Positions 25,762-48,740 of a DNA stretch of 64,000 nt are shown one piece after another. Under the pieces are notes generated by a model, which had not been told where the DNA came from, made no database searches, and saw only the letters and a program-made list of their open reading frames with translations. Within the stretch, counting starts at the first letter, position 1; each line of letters opens with the position of its first letter. The position numbers and the translations under genes were made by a program. The DNA is taken from NCBI RefSeq assembly GCF_009914755.1, contig NC_060933.1, one strand, 5' to 3'. The DNA comes from the human T2T-CHM13v2.0 reference genome, Homo sapiens.

Positions 25762-26760
25762 TAAAATTCTTTATTTCCATAGGTTTTTGAGGAACAGGTG
25801 GTATTTGGTTACATGAGTAAGTTATTTAGTGGTGATTTGTGAGATTTTGGTGCACCCATCACCCAAGCAGTGTACACTGAACCCAATTTATAGTCTTTTA
25901 TCCCTCACCCCCCTCCCATCCTTTCCCCCAAGTTCCCAAAGTCCATTATATCATTCTTATGACTTTGTATCCTCATAGCTTAGCTCCCACTTATGAGGGA
26001 GAACATAAGATGTTTGGTTTTCCATTCCTGAGTTACTTCACTTAACATAATAGTCTTCAGTTCCATCCAGGTTACTGTGAATGCCATTAATTTGTTCCTT
26101 TTTATGGCTGAGTAGTATTCCATCATTTTATATATATATATATGTATATATATATGATGTTATATATATATGTATGTGATGTGATTATATATATGATGTG
26201 ATATATATATATATCACAAGTTCTTTATCCACTCATTGGATATGAGTGGATAAAGCATTATGTCTGAGTAGTAGTCCACCATATGTACATATATATCACA
26301 TTATATTATATTATATTATATATTACACTATATTATATAATATATATTATATATAACACTATATTATATAATATATATTATATATAACACTATATTATAT
26401 AATATATATTATATATAACACTATATTATATAATATATATTATATAATATATATTATATATAACACTATATTATATAATATATATTATATAATATATATT
26501 ATATATAACACTATATTATATAATATATATTATATATAATACTTTATCCACTCATATCCAATGCATATATATCCTATATATATAACATCATATCTATATA
26601 ACATCATATATATATATAACATCATATATATATATGTGTGTGTGTGTATATATACACCACAAGTTCTTATCCACTCAGTGAGTGGATATAAACTCAATGA
26701 GTAGAAATAAATCAATGTGCTGCTATAAAGATGCATGTGCAAGTTATCTTTTTTGTATAA
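25762..26760 (-). mobile_element. L1PB 3'UTR with an internal AT-rich expansion
   Basis: GAACAGGTGGTATTTGGTTACATGAGTAAG... matches the L1PB 3' end. Confidence 0.85.
26300..26540. repeat. AT-rich minisatellite with 31/45-bp period
   Basis: The ACACT anchor recurs at 26325, 26356, 26387, 26418, 26463 and 26508. Confidence 0.9.
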
Positions 26761-27552
26761 GTTTATAGATCATTCTATAGCTTAATTTGTATAGTTTTTT
26801 TTTTTTACTTTTTGCTTTGCCCAATTGAGGCCCAATTCTGAGTTTCTCTTATCCCAATTCAATAATTTCTCCATGACTTCTGTTATAATTTAGCCCCATT
26901 TATTCATTTCATACCCCTCCTGGCTGTCATTGCTCCCTCCACGCTCTTTCTTTAAACTCTCAGGACTTAGGCAGCTTACTCCTGATGTCCCTAATATAGA
27001 GCAGGGTTTTTTTAGTGTGGTCTACTTTGGTTCTATACTAGAATCTGTTGCTAACATCCGCCCTTTTTCCATCCATTTGTCACCATGGATGATCACTAGG
27101 GCTTGCTTTGGATTGGCAACTGGCTTTCATTACTCCTCATACTCTCTAGTGATGACCCAGTAGAGATGTCACCATTTGCCATCAAGAAGTGGTTAAACAC
27201 TGAATTTAAAATCCTCCACGTAAATATATAGTACATAGTAAATCCCAATATATGTTCAAATCTATTTCTGAACTTTTGATTCTGTTTCACTAACCCAATC
27301 ATCTCTATTTGTGTCAAACCATAATGTTTGATGGTCATAGTTTTTAAAAATATATACTAAGGTAACTCTTCCTTCTTTGAATCCTACTTTTCAAAAAAGT
27401 TATTGACAATTCTTACACATTTATTTCTTCATGTGAAATTCTCAAAAGTGCTAAAGTCTTTCTTTTACCTTTTTATCAACTATGTTCACATGTGGTGTCA
27501 AACATGAATTAGGCTTGAATTGTGTCCTTAGCTGTAAGGTAAGATAGTTTAA

Positions 27553-27574
27553 ATAGATGGATGGATAGATGGAT

Positions 27575-27621
<47 letters not shown>

Positions 27622-27636
27622 GATAGACAGACAGAC
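27553..27636. repeat. (GATA)n tetranucleotide STR within a minus-strand L1M relic (~27230-27880)
   Basis: Read directly; the flanking minus-strand translation SWMGRFNIMKMSVL is ORF2-like. Confidence 0.9.
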
Positions 27637-28515
27637 AATAGATTGCCTCAACCACTCTCATGCTGTACATATAGGCATATAACTACATAAATATATGGCA
27701 AAGTTGTACATGGAAATTGTTTTAATTGCTGTATATGTTTTCCAAAAACCTATTGGGGTTCTAATTGAAAACGTATATAATTTGTACATTGGTTTGGATA
27801 AAACTGACATTTTCATGATATTAAATCTTCCCATCCAAGAAATTCTATATCTTTCCATATGCTCAGATCCAGATTTAAGGAGCAATCACTCTTGATTTTC
27901 AGATTCAGAGCATGCACTGTAAATATTTAACCAGAAGATAACTTCTCTTTCATCTCTAGATGGTTTCTAGGGCACCATTTCTGTTTCAATCAGCCCTAAG
28001 TTCCTGGATATCCCCAAAATCTCACCTTAAACTTAATGATTAGTTTCCTATAAAAGTTATTTTCATTCTTATTATATACCCATTTCTATACTTTGATTCT
28101 TCCTACAAACTGGACATACTCTGTGGTCACTTAGCATTTGTTTGACTGCCTCAAATGCCAGGGAACCCACAACATAATGGGGTAAGCTATCCAACTGTTG
28201 GACAGCTTCTGTGTTAATCAGAATCTGCCTTCCTGCTATAATGCCTTCAAATATTTTGGTAACTTTCAATGTATAGAAACCATTGATTATTATGTTGTCA
28301 AGTTTGTCAAGCTTTTCCCTCTAAAAAAAAATAGCCTCCTATATTAACTTCAGTTCTATTCTATTCTTTAGTTTTAAATATTTTGTAGACAGATATATAA
28401 TAACTATTTCATCTATATATTTAATTACTCTGATAACATTTATAATCACTAATTTCAAATGCTAAATGCCCATATATACATTTATCTCATTTATTTATTT
28501 GTTTCACTGATATGT

Positions 28516-28911
28516 GTCTTATTCTGCTTTATGTTGCTATAATAGCATACCCATGACTGGGTACTTCATAAAGAAAAGAAATTTATTTCTTACCATTCTG
28601 GGGACTGGGAAGTCCAAAGTCAAGGGGCCTGCATCTGGTGAAGGTCCTCTTGCTGTGCCACCTCATGGTATAAGGTGGAAGGGCAAAAGAGCATGAGGGA
28701 GAGAGCAAGGAAGCGGATTGTACTCATCCTGTTATCAGAGACCCACTGCTGCAGTAACTAACTGACTCCTGAGATAACAGCATTGAACCATTTATGAAGA
28801 CAGAGCCCTCATGACCCAATCACCTCTTAAAGTTCCCACTTCTCAATACTGTTACATTGGGGATTAGGTTTTTAACAAATGAACTTTGTGTGACACATTC
28901 AAACTGTAGCA
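28516..28911 (-). mobile_element. MaLR LTR (MST-like), followed by a truncated AluY fragment (28921-29030)
   Basis: TGTCTTA...TGTAGCA termini. Confidence 0.78.
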
Positions 28912-29371
28912 ATATGTACATTTTTTTTTTTTTAAGACGGAATCTTGCTCTGTCGCCCAGGCTGGAGTGCAGTGGCGCGATCTCGGCTCACTGCAAGCTC
29001 TGCCTCCCGGGTTCACACCATTCTCCTGCCTTTAATTGCTATAACTTAAGAGCTTTTAAAAAATCTTTTAGGGCAAGTCCTCCATCGTTGTTATTTTTAA
29101 TTTTTTTGATCATTCTTAAACAATTTCTTTTCTAGAGAAAATTTAACAATGGTTAATCAATTTCACAAAAATTTTCTTGAGATTTTGTATTGTATATATT
29201 GAAGGTGTACAACATGATGTTCTGATATATGTATACATAGTGAAATTATTATTATAGTCAAGCAAATGAACATATCCATCATCTTACATAGTTAGCTTTT
29301 CTAGTGTACTAAAAAGTACCTAAAATCTATTCTCTTAGAAAATTTTCAGTGAGCAATATGGTATTGTTTAA

Positions 29372-29436
29372 CCCATTTCCTGTTTGCCCCAAGAATACAC
29401 TTGTCTCTAATCCTAATGTAACAGAAATGTTACATT
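29372..29436 (+). mobile_element. Left end of a piggyBac-family MITE (MER75B-like), truncated
   Basis: TTAA target followed by the CCCATTTCCTGTTTGCCCC terminus and an internal hairpin. Confidence 0.7.
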
Positions 29437-29704
29437 GTTTTTTATCCATAAAATGGTTTCAACATTCAAGAATTACTGTGAAGATTAAATGTTTTATGTG
29501 TATAAAATGCTTAGACCAGTGCCTGGTTCATAGTAAGCATTTAGTCAATGTTGTTGTTGATGCTGTCACTCTCTTACCTGTTCCTTTCATAATACCTAAT
29601 GTGATAAGATGGAAGACCTGATTTGAACATCCTAAGAAGATGAACTAAAGTTGCTTCATCCAGAGTATGAATTTAATGGAAAATAGAACAGTTTAGACAA
29701 GAAA

Positions 29705-40460
<10,756 letters not shown>

Positions 40461-40899
40461 TAACTAGTTCAGAAACATTGTAGCTTTCCAGAATTCTCTG
40501 TGTTGGGATGCAGGGCCCAAAGTCCAGATAACAATAAAATGTTACTTTGCTTCAGTTTGTCATTATTCCTTGGGCAGCATTTCTCTTAGCAATTTCATGG
40601 GAAGAAGTACCTGGATTTCAGAGTGGAATCCAAAGTTTCTTGAGTTCCCTTGCCATAATACCCTCTAATAATTTTCACCACCTACTGAACTAGGACATAT
40701 TTCTTAATCACATAATTTTAACAAATTTAAAGATGTCAACCAATGTTCACTAGGTCATCTAGGTCATCACGATAAAGGAAATATAACTGCCGTGACTATT
40801 TCTCAATCCCAGGTGCCTACCCAAACACCATGGAGAGAAAGCAGAGATATTTGAGGCCAAACCTTAACCTGTGTGAGGCTCAGGTCACCAAGGACAGCC

Positions 40900-41750
40900 G
40901 TGACCTCCCCCAGAGTCCCTTTTTGCTCCTGTTTCCGTAGAGTTCCAAACCAGATAAGCCGATGTTCTAATCTGGAGATAAATACCTTTGCTCTCAAGGG
41001 AGAACATGTTTCTCTGACTCGACAGTGGGATGGGTATGCCTGAGTAATCTTGGTTTCTCTGTACCAGGGAACTGTGTTGGGATCAGCTGAGGCCATGGTT
41101 ATTTTGAAACTGACTTAATGTGCTAAGAGGTTCCAAGCTTAATTCCCAAGTACCCATTCATTCACCAAGGAGAAGCCAAAGTTTTACCTCTGGATTCTGT
41201 TTAATGAGGCTATCAGTAGCCAACCCAAGTGGTTAATTAACATCAAAGAAAAGGAGCCTAAAGGTTAGATAGCAAGTCCTCCCCCAGAGCCTCGTTAGGA
41301 AAGCTGAGATTGGACCTGTCCCTCAGAGGCACCTTCTGCAATGACGGTGGCTCAGAAACTTTTCTGACACAGCATCATGAGTGAGGCCTCCCGACTTTTC
41401 CCTTGGGCTGCTCTCAAGGGTCCATATTCTACTTTGATTTTAGAAAGGGAATTGAACAATGAGAACACATGGACACAGGAAGGGGAACATCACACACCGG
41501 GGCCTGTTGTGGGGTGGGGGGAAGGGGGAGGGATAGCATTAGGAGATATACCTAATGCTAAATGACGAGTTAATGGGTGCAACACACCATCAAGGCACAT
41601 GTATACATATGTAACTAACCTGCACATTGTGCACATGTGCCCTAAAACTTGAAGTATAATTAAAAAAAAAAAAAAAGAAAGGGGAAAGACGATGCCGTAA
41701 CTAAGAGGCTTTGCCTGCCCCCATCTGAGGTCAGTCCTCCAGGGCAGCAT
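40900..41750. promoter_or_regulatory. Candidate OR enhancer (Lhx2/Ebf motif cluster)
   Basis: Composite CTAACGAGGCTCTGGGGG on the minus strand at 41281-41298. Ebf cores at 40992, 41399 and 41412; TAATGAG at 41202; TTAATTAA at 41233. Confidence 0.5.
41447..41675 (+). mobile_element. L1PA 3' end (5'-truncated)
   Basis: L1PA3-5-like 3'UTR, poly(A), TSD AGAAAGGG. Confidence 0.9.
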
Positions 41751-41930
41751 TGGAGAGAGCTGCTGAATAACCAGTTTGAGAGAGATAGCATATTTAAACC
41801 AGTTTTAGTCAGAGCCATTTTTTCATGTGTTCTTTGAATAACATCATTTTTCAGGGATACAAATCGATTCCCCTATTCCTTTTGATCTCCTAATTTAAAA
41901 CCCTGGTAATGGTGTCTACTTTATCTAAGG

Positions 41931-42101
41931 CAGGGATTTTCAGCCTCCTCTGGCCCATTTAGCCATCTGGGAAGCTTCACAGAAGATTCCGATGCCCAGG
42001 CCACACCCTAGACCAATTAAATCAGAATCTCTAAGGAGGCAACCCAGGTATCAGTATTTTTAAACCTCTCAGGTGATTCCAATGCGCAGCCAAGGTTGGG
42101 A
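41931..42101. mobile_element. MER5A (hAT-Charlie)
   Basis: CCAATTAAATCAGAATCTCT...CAGGTGATTCCAATGCGCAGCCAAGGTTG. Confidence 0.78.
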
Positions 42102-43580
42102 TTTCTTTAGAGGGTCCCTATTGGCTTGTGTAATTTGACAGCGCCAATGCTGCGAGTTTAGGGTTAAGCAAATGAATGACGTCCTTCCCTTATCTCCTGG
42201 GTCTATTTTTATCTATCATAAGTTTTGGGGGTTTTCTTTTGGCTTTTTCTTAGATTTTATGAATCAATATTTGATACTGAGAAAGGACATAAAGAAAGCA
42301 CTATGTTAAAAATGATTTAATTCATTTTTTTTGGTCTTACGTGTTTCTATTTTCCTTTATTCCCCTAAGTCCACAGATAACACATGAATACAGTCTAGTT
42401 GTGAAATAATTCAAACAGAAGTTATAAAGTAAAACCTAAAAGTATCTCTTGATTCCCACCCACAAACCCATTACGTATAAAAATATCTTTATATATGCAA
42501 ATATAAATATTAACAGCCTTGAAATCACACAGTATAAATATATTATTTTGCAACTTGAATTTTCATCTAATAAGATGTCTTGGAGATGGTTCCAAGTCAC
42601 TAGTATCTACAGTCTACACTGTTGTCTTTAACTGGATCCTAGGATTTTAACAATATTTTATAATATGAAGCTACTATAATTTATTTAAACATTCCTTTAT
42701 TATTGGACATATCAATAATTTCTCTCTCTCTGTTACAAAGCTGCTGTGAACATCTTGTATATATATCGATATATAACTATATATCGATATATATATATCT
42801 ATATATATAACTATATATCGATATATATAGTTCAAATATATTCTATGCTTTATATACATACATAAAAGTAGAAGTTCCTAGATACCATAAAATTATCCTT
42901 CAGAAAAGGCATTTCTATGTCAATCTAGTGTGTGACAGCACCTGTTTCCTCAGTCAACACTCTATAGTATCAACATCTTTCATTTTTTCCAGTATACTGA
43001 TCAAAAAATAATATTTCATTGTTCCTTTAATTTGCATATTATTATAAATGTTTATTGGTCATTTTTCTTTCTTCCACTGGGAAATATCTGTTTATATTTT
43101 TTCTCATTTTTCTATTGACGCATTAGCCAGACTAGACTATATATGCTGCAGTAGCAAATTAATCCTAAAATCTCAATATCTTGACACAATAAAACTTTAT
43201 TTCTTGCTCACACTATGTGTCCACTGTGAGTCATCAGGGGTGCTCTATGGATAGTGACTCAGAGAAAGCCACATTGATAGAGGTCCACCACTGCATATCC
43301 AAATCATACAGACTCCTTAGCAGAGAAAAACAGACTGGAGAATTGCATGTGGGTTTCTTTTGCCTTAACCCAGAAATAACACACATCACTTAAATTCATA
43401 TTTCTTTGGACAGAAGTAGTTATGTATTCACTCAAAACTGCAGAGTGAGAAATGTAAGTTTTCACATGCAATATTTGTTAAACATTACTGTCTCTACCAC
43501 AACTTGGAATATTAATAATTTCCATATTGACTTATTGAAATCCCTTGTATTATATGAATAGTAATCTTGTCTGCTGTGCA

Positions 43581-43875
43581 TACAGCCCTCCATATCTGTG
43601 GGTTCCACATGTGTGGATTCAACCAATCATGGATTTAAAATATTAGAAAAAATAATATTGCAACAATAAGGAATACAAATAAACAGTACAGTATAGCAAT
43701 TATTTATACAATATTTATTTTACCTTAGGTATTATAAGTAATCCAGAATTATTTAAACTATACTGGAGGATGTGCATAGGTTATATATAAATACTATGCC
43801 ATTCTATAAAAGGAACTTGAGTATCATGGATCTTGGTATCCACAGGGGTCCTAGAAACAATCCCCTATGGATACA
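43581..43875. mobile_element. MER2 (Tigger-family MITE)
   Basis: CCCTCCATATCTGTGGGTTCCACAT...AATCCCCTATGGATAC. Confidence 0.78.
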
Positions 43876-44451
43876 TCATACATATGTGTCAAATTTTTTT
43901 TTCTAATCCTTGTGCTTCTCTTTTAACTTTTTTCATGGCATCATTTGTCACACACATTTTCACTTTTACATAGTCAAATCTGTCAATCTTCTAATTTAGA
44001 GCATTGGGGATTCTATTTTGCTGAGGAAGGGTTATTTCATTCCCAAGATTACAAAAAGTATTCTCCTGTATTTTCTTGTTATAATTTTATACATTTTTTT
44101 CCTTTTAGATGTCTGAATACATTTGGAATTTATTTTTACAGATGGTATTAGGTAGAGATCTAAATTTATTTTCTTTCAGTTCAATATACAATTGTCCCAC
44201 AATTTTCTTTCTTGTCACATTCACAAAGCTAAATGTCTTTTTGTATAGGTTTGTGTCTAGATTCTATTCTGTTCCATCAGATGAATTGTTTATTTCTGTA
44301 CCAATACTATATTATTTTAATTAACATAGCATTATTGCATGTTTTTCTGACTGAGAAGGAAAATCCACTCTCATTGTTTTCTTTTGCTTTATTTTTCAAA
44401 ATTATTTTATTACTTTTGCACATTTTCTCTCCTTGGCAAACTTTGTAATAG

Positions 44452-45705
44452 ATTTGCAAATTCTGCATTCAACAAAGATCTAATATCCAGAATCTACAAG
44501 GAACTCAAACAAGTCATCAAGAAAAAAAACAAATAATCCCATTAAATAGTGAGTAAATGACATGAACATACTGTTTGGGTTTTTTTGAGACAAGGTCTGG
44601 CTCTATGCAGTGGCGTGATCTTGGCTCACTGCAACCTTTGCCCCCCACACTCAAGCCATCCGCCCACCTCAGCCTCCCAAATAGCTGAGACTACAGGCAT
44701 GCGCCACCATGCCTGGCTACTTTTTTTTTTGTATTTTTTGTAGTGATTGGGTTTTGCTATGTTGCCCAGACTGGTCTCAAATTCATGAGCTCCAGCAATC
44801 CACACAACTTGGCTTCCCAAAGTGCTAGGATTACAGATGTGAGCACCCATGCCAGGCCTATGAATAAACATTTCTTAAAATAAGATATACAAATGGCCAA
44901 AAAACATATGAAAAAGTGCTCAACACCACCAATCATCAGAGAAATGCAAATTAAAACCACAGTGAGATACCACCTTACTCCAGCTGGAACAGCCAATATT
45001 AAAAAGTCAAAAAGTAGTAGATATTGGTGCAGATGTGGTAAAAAGGGAATGCTTATACACTGCTGGTGGGAATGTAAATTAGTACAACCTCTGTGGAAAA
45101 TAGTATGAGTATTTCTCAAAGAACTAAAGTAGCTCTACCATTCAATCCAGCAATCCTACTACTGGGTATCTACCCAAAGGAAAACAAGTCAGCATATCAA
45201 AAAGACACCTGCACACATATGCTTATCACGGCACAATTTACAATTGCAAAGATATTGAATCAACCTAAGTGCCCATCAACTGATGAATGGATACAGAAAA
45301 TTATATATATATATAATATATATACCCCATTAAATATTAGCCATAGAAAAGCATGAAATAATGTCTTTTGCAACAACTTGGATGGAACTGGAGGCCATTA
45401 TTGTAACTGAAGTAACTCAGGAATCAAAAACCAAACACATGTTCTCACTTATAAGTGGGAGCTGAGCTACAGATTGTTATAATGAACATTGGAGACTCCG
45501 AAGTGGGAAGGATGGGAATGGGGTAAAGAATGAAAAACTACCTATTAAGTTTAATGTACACTACTCAGATGATGTGTGCACTAAAATCCCAGACTTCACT
45601 TCACCACTACACAATTCATTCATGTAACAAAAACCACTTGTACCCCTAAAACTATTGAAATAAAAAATTAAAATAAATGAAAAATAAATAAAAATAAAAA
45701 TAATC
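44452..45705 (+). mobile_element. L1PB 3' part interrupted by a minus-strand AluJ (44573-44858)
   Basis: ORF2 C-terminus [26 protein letters not shown]...[14 protein letters not shown], then 3'UTR and A tail. Confidence 0.87.
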
Positions 45706-46149
45706 CCACTTTTAAAAAAGCTGAATAGTATTCCTATTGACATTTTGTGAGGATATATGGAATATATGTATTAATTTAGGGAGAATCAACCTTTTTTAAA
45801 AACAGAGTTGGACATCTCACTGTGTTGTCCAGGCTGGTCTCCAATTTCTGGCTGCAAGTGATCCTCCTGTCTTGGCTTCCCAAAGGGCTAGGATTACAGG
45901 TGTTAGTCACCTGTAAGTCACCTGGCCAAGAACCAACATTTCTTACTATACTATCTTCCTATCCAGGAATATGGATTATGTGACCAATTGGTGATTTCTG
46001 CTAGCACCAAGCAATATACAGAACTGCGAAGGAGCATGAGATAAGGAACCAAGCTACCTGGGTTTGACTCCTCTTTCTGCCGTTAATACCAGCTCAACCT
46101 TGCACTAATTACCCAGCCTAAGTTTCCTCTTCTGTAAAAGGTTAATAAT

Positions 46150-46299
46150 ATCTCCCAATGCTATCCCTCCCCCCTCCCCCCAATGACGAGTTAGTGGGTG
46201 CAGCACACCAGCATGGCACATGTATACGTGTGTAACTAACCTGCACAATGTGCACATGTACCCTAAAACTTAAAGTATAATAAAAAAATAAATTTAAAA
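46150..46299 (+). mobile_element. 150-bp L1PA2-like insertion with a 5' inversion
   Basis: 14-bp TSD AAAAGGTTAATAAT; inverted G-tract; GACGAGTTAGTGGG and CACAATGTG diagnostics. Confidence 0.88.
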
Positions 46300-46539
46300 A
46301 AAAGGTTAATAATGAAAGTACCTATTTTGTTGGTTTGTTGTGAAGGTCAAATGAGATAATTTACGTAAAGGACCTGCAAGAATGCTTGGAACGTGGTACA
46401 TTTTAATAAATGTTAGCCATTACCTTCCTTTATGTCTTTTAGTAAACATAAGTGGACAAATAGACTTCTTAAACTATCTTCGCAAATTAAAAAAATTTTT
46501 TACTTGATTCTGTTTTAGTAAACATAAAAGTTTAAGTAG

Positions 46540-46839
<300 letters not shown>

Positions 46840-47669
46840 TAAATAAACTTCTTAAACTCTCCTAGCAAACTTAATAATATTTTACTTGATTCTGTTGGCT
46901 ATTTTGGCAATCATATTATCTATAATAATAAGTGTTTTCCCTGCTTCTTTTTCAATAATTATGCCTTATTCTTTTTTAGTCCCTCTAAAAGGTAGAGAAA
47001 AATACTACTGAATAAATAATTGGTGATTATATTGTATTGAATTATCTTGATGTATTAGACAACATTTCTGGTAAATGTTGAATAACTGCAATATATGGGC
47101 CATGTTTGTCTCTGACTTCAGTGAGATTTCTTTGGTATTTCACCATTACCTATGACGTTTGCTGTACTTTTTTTTTTTAACCTCAAGTTTATCAAGTCTC
47201 ATTATGTTTCTAACTTATTAAGAATTTTTAATCAGATATTGTATTAAATTTAATAATCTTTTAACATGTATTAAGAAGCCTTATGGTTTTTCTTCCGTAA
47301 TCTGCTAATGTAGTAAAATTCAATAACAGATTTTCTAATGCTGACCCTTTCTTGAATTCTTAGAATAAACTCTAATTGGTCATGATGTATTTTTTTATTT
47401 CTTTAATAATTTATATTATATATGTAACATATGTAATATAAGTAATGTAAATGTTTATTGATATAGTAAAAATTTGCATATGATTTTCTAAGTGAGACAG
47501 TCTTATTGTTTTCTTTCTTAATGTTTTCCTTGTCTGCTGAATGGGTTAAGAAGCTCTCCTTCTTATTCTATGCTGTGAAACAATTTATACGACGTTAGAA
47601 TTATCCATTTCTTGGTGTTTGCTGGAATTCACTGGTAAAACTATATAGGCATGTGTCTTTATCTGTAAG

Positions 47670-48740
47670 TTTTTTATTGAGGTAAAATGTACATAATATC
47701 AATTAGCCATATTGAAGTGTACAATTCAGTGGCATTTAGCACATTCCCAATGTACAATCAGCATCTCTAGTTCCATATTTGTAATCACCCCAAAGGAAAA
47801 CACCTTTCTCATTAAGTAGTCACCCTCTGGCCGGGCGCAGTAGCTCACATCTGTAATCCCAGCACTTTGGGAGGCTGAGGTGGGCGGATCACCTGAGGTC
47901 AGGAGTTCAAGAACAGCCTGGCCAACATGGCAAAACCCCGTCTCTACTAAAAATACAAAAGAATTAGCCAGGCATGGTGACGGGTGTCTGTAATCCCAGC
48001 CACTCAGAAGTCTGAGGCACCAGAATCGCTTGAACTTGGGAGGCGGAGGTTGCAGTGAGCCGAGATCACGCCACCGCACTCCAGCCCAGGCGACAGAGCT
48101 AGGTGAGACTCCATCTCAAAAAAAAAAAAAAAAAAAGTAGTCGCCCTCCCAATTCCTCCTCCTCCTAGCCTCTGGCAAGCACTCTGATCGACTTTCTGTC
48201 TCTATTGATTTACCTATTCAGGATATTTCATATAAATGGAATTCTACAATACATGACCTCTTGTGTCTGACTTTTTTCACTTGGTTTACTGTTTTTGAGG
48301 TTAATTCATGGTATATTATGTATCAGTACTTTATTCCTCTTTATGGCAAGTAATAGTCCATTGAATGGATATAGTACATTTTGTTTATCTAACTCTCAGT
48401 TGATGGACATTTGGGTTGATAGCACTTTATGGCTCCCATGAATAGAGCTGATATAAACATTTGTGTACAAGTATTTATTTGACCACCTGTTTTCGGTTCC
48501 TCTGAGTATATACTTGGAAATGGAATTGTGGGTCATATTGTAATTCTACATTTAACTTTTTGAAGAACCACCAATCAGCCGTACAATTTTACACTCCTAC
48601 TAGCATTGTGTTAGGTTTCCACTTTCTCAACATCTATCTTCCTTTTTTAAAAAACTTATAGCCATCCTAAAGAGTGTGAAATAGTATCTCATGTGGTATT
48701 GATTTGCATTTTCCTAATGATACTATCTTTTCATGTGTAT
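47670..48740 (-). mobile_element. L1MB 3' region interrupted by a plus-strand AluS (47829-48136)
   Basis: TTGAAGTGTACAATTCAGTGGCATTTAG; Alu TSD AAGTAGTC(A/G)CCCTC. Confidence 0.82.

Noticed and set aside
26300-26540. CRISPR-like periodic array
   Set aside because: Head-to-tail AT minisatellite with no unique spacers, in eukaryotic DNA.
42757-42833. Palindromic ATATCGATAT repeats
   Set aside because: Ordinary (AT)n derivative inside an L1M relic.
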